A stretch of DNA of 64,000 nucleotides, taken from NCBI RefSeq assembly GCF_037042905.1, contig NC_087251.1, positions 30,506,001 to 30,570,000 on the forward strand. Reading direction: 5' to 3'. Source of the stretch: Lytechinus pictus. Taxonomy: Eukaryota. This document shows, one piece after another, positions 49,601-61,600 of this stretch (positions are counted from its first letter, which is position 1; every line of letters starts with the position of its first letter). A program made the position numbers and the translations under genes. The notes below the pieces were generated by a model, which was not told where the DNA came from, ran no database searches, and was given only the letters and a program-made list of their open reading frames with translations.

Positions 49601-52600
49601 CTCAAAAGATGCGCGAGACTTAAAAGTATAAACTCTGCGAGTGGCGCGGTCAAAAAATTTCGCGCGGCGGAATGATCGCAGAAAATGTTGAGAGGGGGTT
49701 TGATTCAACCCCCCCCCCCCCCCCCCGGCCATTTTAGGGTTAAATGAAAGGAAGTGTGACTGGTGACCTTGTACATTGGAAAATCTGGTAACCTGTGTGT
49801 CCATAGGTTTTTCTCAACACTCCTTGCTTTTAGTCCATGGGCAATTCAGCAGTTCTTTTTCTTTCACCTTTTTACCCGTCTCGTACACATAACATTTTAT
49901 TTCCTCTCTCCCTCTCTTTTCTTTTTTTCATTGCATCTTGGGCACTCTTATCGTTAATTACATCTTGCCATCAAGCTATGCTTCACTTTAGGTCCTTCTA
50001 CTTTGAATCTAAAGCTTTAGAATGTTTATTTTGCATTTGCATTTCTTTCTTTCAGTCTGAGTTGCAGGTTTTTATACCTCAACAGATCAGATCATGCATC
50101 AAAGAGTAAAAGGCCCTCTAAGAGAATCATCTGATTGGGATTACTTGGAAGAATGATACATACCTCACCAGGCAGAACATCAAAGTTAGCAACACGATCC
50201 TTCTGTATCTCAGTAGGGTCTAGGAGTTTGAGAGCAGCTGATTTAAGCATTGGGAGCTTGATCCGATCCAACTGATTCCTAATTCCGCGATATCTTGGTC
50301 CACTGATGAATAATCCCTGATAGGATAGATAGGAGAAGTGATCACATAGGTGAAGTGTTTGATCTGGAAGGTGTCAAGCACCAAAAGTTCTAATTTCTTT
50401 CCAAGTAAATTCCAGTCATGCTACAACCATAACATGAATTCCATTAGATAATTAGTATTTGCAGAGTACAAAGCAAAATAAGCATGGCATTCAATCCGGT
50501 TTGGAGGAGCAATAGTTATAGTAAATACACATGCCTATGAAATGTTCGCGAATTTTAGATGTCGGTCTAGATTCCTTTATTTCACAGTGCTTGGTTTGCA
50601 TGCCGATGTCAGAACTTCTGAATCCATAAGTATACTGGTATGGCAAAATGATTTGGACAGACTCTCTCTTGAAGAAGTTGCTTAATGAAAGTGCTCAAAT
50701 TCAGCTTTGGTTGTATAAAGAATAAATTTCATCTTTATTCAGCCTTTCAGACAACCCTTATCAATGATATAATAACTTTTTTTAGCATGATGGGTATATA
50801 ATGTCTGGCAGCATGTAAGAAAAACAAGTGGAATGCCTCTGGCCGTCTCACCTGCATCACGCGATTCAATATAGCAGCAGTGCTGATTTTGAAAACTACT
50901 ATAACTCGCACAAGATGTTCAGTGATACTTGGTTACTCTTATTTCCACGTTTTATGAACTAGACCAATACACTTATAGAGATATGATGGCAATTCAACAA
51001 ATACCCCCAACGTGGCCAAAGTTCTTTGACCTTACATGACCTTTGACCTTGATCATGTGACCTGAAACTCGCACAGGATGTTCAGTGATACTTGATTACT
51101 ATTATGTCCAAGTTTTATGAACTAGACCAACACACTTTCAAATTTATGGCTGTAATTCAACAAATACCCCAATTTGGCCAAAGTTCATTGACCCTAAATG
51201 ACCCTCGACCTTGATCATGTGACCTGAAACTTGCACAGGATGTTCAGTAATACTTGATTACTATTATGTCCAAGTTTCATGAATCAGATCCATAAACTTT
51301 CAAAGTTATGATGGTAATTCAACAGATACCCCCAATTCGGCCAAAGTTCATTGACCCTAAATGACCTTTGACCTTGGTCATGTGATGTGAAACTCATGCA
51401 GGATGTTCAGTGATACTTGATTAACCTTATGTATAAGTTTCATGAACTAGGTCCATATATTTTCTAAGTTATGATGACATTTCAAAAACTTAACCTTAGG
51501 TTAAGATTTTGATGTTGATTCCCCCAACATGGTCTAAGTTCATTGACCCTAAATGACCTTTGACCTTGGTCATGTGACATGAAACTCAGGCAGGATGTTC
51601 AGTAATACTTGATTGACCTTATGGCCAAGTTTCATGAACTAGGTCCATATACTTTCTAAGTTATGCTGTCATTTCAAAAACTTAACCTCAGGTTAAGATT
51701 TGGTGTTGACGCCGCCGTGCGCCGCCGCCGCCGCCGCCGCCGCCGTCGCCGTCGGAAAAGCGGCGCCTATAGTCTCACTCTGCTATGCAGGTGAGACAAA
51801 AATCATTCTCTGGACTGATACACAGAATTCAAAATCTAAAATTCAATTTTTATATCATTGCTTTATTAGATAATTCTGCAACTGATTTTTTCACAAATAA
51901 ATTTATCCCGATGTAGATCTTAAACTTTTGTATGAATGACATTTGCTTAATCTTACACTACTGCATGATTACTGACTGGATTGCACCTACCTCTCTCGCA
52001 AGGCTTCTGAGTAACAGATTAAGATCAGGTTTCAACTGTGTAGCTTTGTTCACTGGAATACTAGAGACAATATCATACAAGAAACTTCCAAGCTGGTCTG
52101 AAAAATGAAACAAAGAATAACATTTAACATTATTTAACATTTCAATAATGCCTAACAATTTCAAATATTATTCTTAGTTGTATGTAAGCTATTAGTCAGA
52201 TTAGGATGATCAATACATGAAATATCCATATCTCTGATTGTTTCAAATGCTTAAATTGTATAAGTGTAGAAAGATATGTTTCTAAAAGAAAACATTCTCA
52301 ATTCTATATCATAGATTCATTTTAACTACATGCATGTTTGGGCCTCATGAAAATATTTCACATAATTTGTTTTACAACTAAATTGTTGAAATCCTCATAT
52401 TTTCATCTAAATATATGAAGAAAAAAAATTCTTGCTTTCAATGTCTTGGGTATATCATAAAGCATATATAGCACATATCATTCAACCTCCATTAATTTCT
52501 TCTTCTTTTTTTACAAACAGTCCACTTTTAATAGTTGAATGATGAAAATGAAAAATATAAACAAATACTGACTATTCATGATATATGTAATAAACTGTCA

Positions 52601-55600
52601 TCAATTAATTATCAAATATTACTGCTATTAAGTGCAAAGTGTAAGAAAAATAATATATGTTTACCCATTTTTAAGATTGTTACTAAATCTAACTCTGGGT
52701 TTATACTAAAAAAATTACCTTGAGCTTTTATTGAATAGTGAATACATTACCTTCTTTAGTAACATTATTGTCCTCAAGGTCTTGATGTGATTCAACAAAA
52801 TGTTTGCAGATTTTTACCATTTGCTCTGGTTGAGGATTTCTGTACAAAGAATATCAAATATATGTAATATCAATTAGATACATGAGATGATATTTAAAAA
52901 CAAATGTTTAGACACTGTATCTTCATTAAAATACAATTTGTTTACAAACAGAGTGAGATTACTTACTGCCTACATTCTAATGGAAATTGAACTTGGGATT
53001 CAAGTCGTGATTCAAGTTCAAGTTCTTTTTTAAGTTATTTTTTACAACTAAAAGAAAGAAATCTTATTCTATAGCCTACAGTCTAAAGTCTATATCAGAT
53101 ATAGCAATGTATCATTACCAGGTTGAATTTAACCCCCTTTCCCTTAAAAAACAACAACGAATATTTGTCTAAAATCATCAAAACAAACATGATTATCATA
53201 ACACATTGAGAAAGGATGACATGTGAACTCACTTGCTGAAGCAGGAAACCAGACCAGCTCGAATGAGAGGAACATCAACAAAATCTCTGTATTCTTCAAC
53301 TAAAGGAAATCAAAAGGATAAAAAATGCAAGTATAAAATAAAGATACACTACAGCTTGCAACTTCAGCTCACCATAAATTACACAATCATCTTGTGAACT
53401 GATTTTCAAAGTCCACATTACAAATGCCATGAACTTCAAATCAAATATCATTTGTTAAATCATTTTGTAGATTAAGTTTAGTGCAATGACCTCTTGGAAA
53501 AACTAATGAGAACTTGGAAATAACAAGTAAACAAGTGGAATGCCTCTGGCCGTCTCACCTGCATCACGCGATTCAATATAGCAGCAGTGCTGATTTTGAA
53601 AACTACTATAACTCGCACAAGATGTTCAGTGATACTTGGTTACTCTTATTTCCACGTTTTATGAACTAGACCAATACACTTATAGAGATATGATGGCAAT
53701 TCAACAAATACCCCCAACGTGGCCAAAGTTCCTTGACCTTACATGACCTTTGACCTTGATCATGTGACCTGAAACTCGCACAGGATGTTCAGTGATACTT
53801 GATTACTATTATGTCCAAGTTTTATGAACTAGACCAACACACTTTCAAATTTATGGCTGTAATTCAACAAATACCCCAATTTGGCCAAAGTTCATTGACC
53901 CTAAATGACCTTTGACCTTGATCATGTGACCTGAAACTTGCACAGGATGTTCAGTAATACTTGATTACTATTATGTCCAAGTTTCATGAATCAGATCCAT
54001 AAACTTTCAAAGTTATGATGGTAATTCAACAGATACCCCCAATTCGGCCAAAGTTCATTGACCCTAAATGACCTTTGACCTTGGTCATGTGACGTGAAAC
54101 TCATGCAGGATGTTCAGTGATACTTGATTAACCTTATGTATAAGTTTCATGAACTAGGTCCATATATTTTCTAAGTTATGATGACATTTCAAAAACTTAA
54201 CCTTAGGTTAAGATTTTGATGTTGATTCCCCCAACATGGTCTAAGTTCATTGACCCTAAATGACCTTTGACCTTGGTCATGTGACATGAAACTCAGGCAG
54301 GATGTTCAGTAATACTTGATTAACCTTATGGCCAAGTTTCATGAACTAGGTCCATATACTTTCTAAGTTATGCTGTCATTTCAAAAACTTAACCTCAGGT
54401 TAAGATTTGGTGTTGACGCCGCCGCCGCCATCGCGGCCGCCGTCGGAAAAGCGGCGCCTATAGTCTCACTCTGCTATGCAGGTGAGACAAAAACTAATGC
54501 AATTGGTTGAAACATCACTTTAAACATAGTTCGAATTATTTTCCCCCATAACCCTTGTCATACAAAATGCACTTTTATACTGATAATTCCCTCCTAACAT
54601 TCATGAACCAGTAACCTGTGGTTTATGCAATTCCCATTTGAATTAGAGATGTATAGATACTTCAAAGAAAAGAGCGATAGCTTACTGAGCTGAACAACAC
54701 TGTCTAGTCTCTGCTGTTTGACTTCATTCCTTGCCATGGCGATGACCAGAAACTTATCAACTGTTATACCAAGCTCCTGTGTGGACAGAACATATTGAGA
54801 TAAAAAAATACCAATTTATTAGATGGGATTAAAGAAAGGATCCCCAAGTTCAAGCCAAAGACTCGCAAAGCAAATGGTTTGCAAGTTGCCCGCTGACTTG
54901 GCAAACATGCATACTTAAAACTATCCATCAAACTACACTGTATAAAATCATCTGGCTATGACCTTTTGCACATATTATATGCTTACTTCCAAACAAAGAC
55001 CACTTTATTGTGTCATTCCCTGACAGGTGTAATATAACTTACATTGATTGTTGCCTTGATGTCTGTTAGTGTACCTCCGAGACATGGAAAGACAAACCTG
55101 GTGAATGTATCACTGCTGGCCTCAACACCCATCTCACCCATCTGTTTCAATGTATTCATGATACCTGCACAGAAAACAAAGCAAAATGAAATTTTCCTTT
55201 TTAATCCTTTCTCAGGAACAAATAACTTTTCATCACTGAAAAATACATCACAAATATGAAATTCTCACTGGATATATCACAAATGCATGACACAATTTCA
55301 CTAACCCTTAATTTAAGGGACGACCAAGATTTGCTGAGGATTTAGTGATGACACAACATGAGGGCCCAATAAGCGTGATAATTACAGCTGATGTGATGAA
55401 TCAGCCAATAGACACTGTAAATATCTGGGTCCCATCTTACAAAAAGTTGCCATTGATCTGATCAATCTCAAATATATGTTAATCCATGTCATAATTTTTA
55501 TCCCTGGAAATCTGCACAACGTACTTCTCATACAAAGACCAGCAACTGCCAGAAAAACAATCAATGTATAAATATAACATCATATTTAGTAAAGAGATTG

Positions 55601-58600
55601 AACAAAAGGGCATTTTTTATGTTGACATTACTGGCTTTCCACTCGTGTGGTTGACTGAATCAATCGCAACTCTGTGTAAGACAGGGCCCTCTCTCTCATC
55701 TGTGTAAGATGCCTTCTCAAATCAATAATTTTAAGTTCTGGGATTTATTTCAAATTATCAGGCAGCTACTACTACATTGCCACTGTACAGCTTATCTTTT
55801 CTCTTCTGACAGGTTATCTGCTACTATAAATTACACTGAATTAAAAAAAAAACAAGAATCCTTATTGATATCTTTACCTTCTTTGTCATTGGCCGCGGAA
55901 TCTCTTGCAAATATTGGCCAGAAGTAGTGAGGTCTAACTGGAATATCCTGTCAAAAAAAAGAAAGAAATATTTATCATTCATCCCTGCATTCATTCATTC
56001 TTGGTACGATCTTACAGAAGTGACACTGAATTCTTTGTTCAATGGTATACAAAGATATTTTAAAAATTTACTTGCTGTGAATTGGAAAGCATTTTCAAAC
56101 AACTTTCAAAGTTGGAAAAAACGCGATAAGCTTAATGTGCCTTTTATAGGACATTTTCAATTGCTTTAAACAAATTCCTTGAATATATACAATACATTTT
56201 AATATGCACAAGACATCTGAGCAGGTTGATCTATGATTGTGTTGACTAAATTCAAGGAAAAGTTCAAATTCTTCGTCATAACTGGAATAACTATCTGGCA
56301 TGGCAGATACTATCTCAATGAGTGAGCTAAAGCATGCAATGACACAACTCAGTAATTCCTCAGCAAAGAATTGAATTCATCTATCTCAATTAAATTCATT
56401 ACATTTCAATTCACTATATTATGGTCCAATCGTTTTCATCATAATACAATCAAATTCATAAAATCTCAATTCAATTCATTTTATTTCAACTTAATTCATA
56501 ATACTTACAAGTTCAAGCATCCTTCTAATGATTCCAAAAGCATAATCTGCGTAGAAATTATCAAAAGTACAATTTATAACAAAGTAAGTGTTGAAAGTAA
56601 AAGCAGAAATTTGCATACTATTATATCATCATTGATGTCTTCCCTATTCATGATAGCATTGGTACTATTATGAATACTTTACCTGCACCTAAACACAAGA
56701 ATTTGACACATAATTTTTTCAATCATTAATTGCGATTAACATAAAAGTCAACTGTATGATCAATAACTGCTTTGTGATAATGGCCCCTGAAATCTGATAT
56801 TACCTTTTGCATCTTTGTTGCAGAAGCATGAAATTCACACAATTTACAATATTACACAAGTCAACACAATGATGATTAAAGACAACTTGCTGTGGTAAAC
56901 AAGCAATTGAAATAAGCTCATCTTGAAAGAAGGAAATTAATATTAAAATAGTAGCATTATATTTAACATACCTTTATTATCCTTCACTTTCCTAAGCGCT
57001 GAATGAAGTGCTACAATGTACGGTGATGAATGGAGGCCTGATGAGATTAGCTCATCCAAGTGTCCAAACAAGGTTTCATGAGGCTAAGAATAAAAGTTAT
57101 TTAAAGAATAAATGAAATCATATTCTTGCAAAAGAAATACCAATTAATAAGTAATCAACATCTAATCCTGAAAAGTAAATCACTGGGTGCAAGCCAGATA
57201 TGTATTTACATAATTCAACTTTCCCGGCAAACCGTTAACATTGCATGACCAAAAACTATTTTATATTAATCTGCATTTCAAAATGCACTTCAAAAGTAAA
57301 GAAAAATAATTTCATTTACATTTATTCAATGTCAGAAATTTGAACATGTACAAAATATTTAAAAAAGTATAACACTCCCAACAATAAGGTATATTCAGCA
57401 GGGTCTCACTTCATATCAATATAATTTCATAACCTATTGGTAAAACTAAAAAATCCTGCATTTTGATTAGCCAATAGCCAATTTGCAAAATATCTTGCAT
57501 TTGTTGACAAGGAAATGAGGTGATACTCATCTCCATGAGAGCAAAGTAATAATCTTCAAGACAACTTTGGATCGTGTTAACCACATGGTAAATACCCATA
57601 CTCACTAGTTGAATTTGGACTGCATGATCGATGAAAAAGTTTCCTTGGTTCTGTGGCTCTGCAGAGTTTTCTACTCTCAATCCCTGAAACATCTTTAGAA
57701 CTATAAACGCAGCATCGTCGTGTCCCTTGGTCATCAGACTCAATGAAAGGTTAATAGCATCTGTACCAAACAATAATTAGGGAAGCGTTTCAAGAAAGGA
57801 TTTGTCAGACGTTGTATCCGACAGAGTCTGTTTTATCCGACAGCAACTCCATTATTATCATAATAGAGATGCTCAGCCATTCAAAATTGAGACAAGTTGT
57901 CATCTGACAAATCGTCAGATGAGAAATGTTGATGAAATGCTCCCCAGAAAATGGTTTTCTTTTTTTCTCAAAGGGATTCATTCACACATGGCAAATTTAA
58001 TTATGATAAAGACAAAAGAAAAAGACCATAACATTCTATTAAAAGAAACATGTTTCGAGGTACACACCTCATCATCAGCCTAAAATCATAAAACAGAGTC
58101 ACTGGTATTTATACATTTGGGATCTCAAGGTAATTTCAAGAATGTAGTTTTAAAATACAATGGTATGTGGAACAAAGTGAATTTAAAAAGGAGTGAAAGA
58201 CAAAATTATGTCAGTGATAGGTCAGTTTGGGTGGGTTGATTAAACAGAAAATATTATTTGATAAATTGTACACCTGTTAAGTTAGGGGCTTTCTCCATTT
58301 GATGAAGAGCCCTTCTTTTATTTTGAGCTAAAAGTCTGTTGATTATCATAAATTGATTCTGATAATCAACTGTTGTTCTGACAATTAACCATACCCCTAC
58401 CCCAACTCCCCTTTCATGCTAGGTTGCTAGTTTATAATTTTCTCTATGATTTCTTTCATGATTATTACTTCATTTAGTTTTTTTTACAGGTTAGGCAATA
58501 TTTGTAATGTAAAATTGACAATTTTGCTTAATAAATTGCTGAGTATGCTGGCAGTTTTACGATTCTGAATTTTGTCTTTCTATCGGAGAAGACCTGGCTT

Positions 58601-61600
58601 ATCATAACATACAGTTATCATTCAATATTTCAATAAGTAAATGCAGAAATCTGTGCTCTTTACACTTTTGCATCTGACAGATATTTATAAAGTTCTGAAT
58701 CAATATGTGTATATCAATCCCAGACATTTCAAATGCTATTTGAATGATAAAAATGAGTAGAAAATATATTGTCTACTCATACTTAATCAGTTAAAATTAA
58801 TTAAAATGTGAGAAGAATCGACACAAGAGGATATCCAGGACCCATAATAAATATATGTTGCCTTTTTCAATGTTAGAGGAGAGGGATGACGTGGCTCTCC
58901 ATACTCACCAGGGATATATCCTGCATTGAGTTGCACTTTCTCTAGGACCTACAAAATAAAAAAGAACTCTTTATTTGATATCTTTATTTGAATTGCAAAA
59001 TACAGCTGTGCTCAAAATTAAGCAAACTCCACCACCCACAAAATACACTCCTTCATGCTGAGTGTTGAATTTAGAAAACAATGCTACAATGTTCAGCAAG
59101 CCCAGAAAAATAAACTTCACTGAAGGTAACATTTCATCACCTGAGTTCACAATTAAATACATAAAACATGGCAGAACCTGAACACTAAATATGTTCATTT
59201 TCTGGTGGGGTTTACTTTCTTTTGAACACCATTGTAGATGTATTGCTTAAAAGGATTGCAAAACTGATTCTCTATTTCACTTTGAGCAAAACAAACAAAA
59301 AATCTGTCTCATGTTATGTAACTGATGAAATGGCAAACAGTGGTGAAGATCACCATTTATCCACAAGTTCAATGTCGGCTTGTAGATAGGAAGAGACAAA
59401 CTAAGGCAAAAAAAAGTTTGATGAGTCACCCTAGTAAAACCTGCAAATGGACCCCAATTTTCATCTATTTTCTCACATTTACAAAAAAAGTTGATAAAAA
59501 CTGGGGGATATTGGGACAGAAAATTGCCTATATCATCAGCTTATCAGTGAAAACCAATATCTGACTAACCCTCCATCTCCATTATACATGTATTGTGCAC
59601 ATGCACAGGTCTGTGACATGTAAGCCTAATAGGAACCCCCCCCCCCCACCCACACACACAAGAAAATAGATTTCGGTGCATTCAAATTACACCTACAAAA
59701 CCTGACCAATTTACTCTATTTTTCCTCTCTGTTTCAGCAAACATTTTTTTTTTTTTTTTTGGGGGGGGGGGCTTACTAACCAACCATGAGGACTATTGGC
59801 TCACCTGTGGGAGATGCTCACTATGTCCATATGTAGCAAGACTGTATGCTACACTCAGGAAACATCTTCCTGAAAGATTTACATTCTCCGATTCCAATTC
59901 CTGTGTCAGCTGTATCATGGAAATCAAAGTTAAAATAAAGAGAAAAATTATCCAAAGGATTTCAAAATCATATGTTTTTTTTTTATTTGCTTGACATAAA
60001 CCTGAAATATAATTTGAAAAAGAAATGTGGTTCACTTTGAGAAACCCCCCCCCCCCCCAAAAAAAAAGTAGGTTAAAAGAAACCATGAATCAAGCCCTAT
60101 TCTTTTCCCTAAAATGATCATTCAAAATATTCATATTAACATTCTCATTTTAACAGAGCCTCTACTTTGTGACAATTAAACCACCTACATAGATTCTCCA
60201 CCTTTGACATTTCATATATATTTTGCAAAGTTAACTCATAAAGTTTGAAGTTGATCCCTCAGATGAAATTAATATACATGTATAGCACCATTATACAATA
60301 ATATGCTTGTCTCAGGGATGTTATCAGGAGTTTAACCGAATTCAAAACATACCTTGTTGATGCTTTCAATGTCTCCTTTTTCAGCGTAAGCACACATGAG
60401 TGCAGTATAGGTATCAGCACTAGGCTCTAGACCGACGCTCCTAGGAAGAAATAAAATTGCTAACTTGTTACAGACTGAATGTGAAACAAAATCAGTTCCC
60501 TTTGATTTAGATCAAATGGGATTAGAAAGGTAACAATCTAATTTTAAAAATAGATGCCTTAAACCCTTGCCAAATACACAATATATTGCACATGTATGTT
60601 GAACTTTCAAGAACTGTAAATTGAAAATTCATTGAATATTTATTACACTAGAAATAAAAAAACTGCAATCTAAAAATGAATGCAAAGTGCAGAAATAACT
60701 GCACACACACAGTATTGTGTGCGTAAATCAATTTATATTTGAATGACCTAAGTAGATGGAATTATGAATAGGGAGTAAGTCTTATTCATATTGTGACTTC
60801 TGGAAAGAAACAACTATTCATCACAAAATTTCTCATTACCATACTGACATATAACTGTAATATAATAAAACTATCTTAAGTCAAAAGATAAATGAAAAAT
60901 ATCCACTTACCTCATTACATTCAATATGTTCTGTGCATTATCAAGATCTCTGCAGAAAAAAAAAAATATTATTCATAGTAATGGTCAAATTCACCATACT
61001 AAAGGTTTGTCACCACTGAACATCTAATCAGTCTCAGAATTTTTTTTTTTTTACTTAAATGAACACATTCTGATAGGTAAAAACAAAATAAGTGATGTCC
61101 CCTAAAAAGGCATTCCATTCATGACGATAGATGCTTAAACATGATTTCACATAACTAACACTATGGTAGTAACGATACCAAAATGAGTTTGTACAGAATC
61201 CAATTAAATGACTGCCCAAGTGTCTGTTTATATTGATAAAAATATCTGCCAAAGGATCGTGAAAGAATTGTGTAATTGCTGAGAAATAAGCAGCATAAGC
61301 ATGGGATCTGAGCAGAATGTCAGATCTTTTTCCAAACAATAATTATACAGTGAAATCAGGAAGTGCTGCATCTACTATCTTTAAGTCCTTGGAAAAAGCA
61401 CATGACTGACACAAATCTACCAAATTAACAATCTGTTTAGATTTCAACATTTGGAGGAAAAAATATCTCTGAAAGACAAAATTACCCTGCTCTTCCATGT
61501 CCCGTGATGAGGGAATTAAAGATGCCTTCTGTAACAGGGAGATCCTTAGACTTCATGAACTCCAGGATCTTGGTAGCTCCCTGGATATCGCCTTGCAAGC

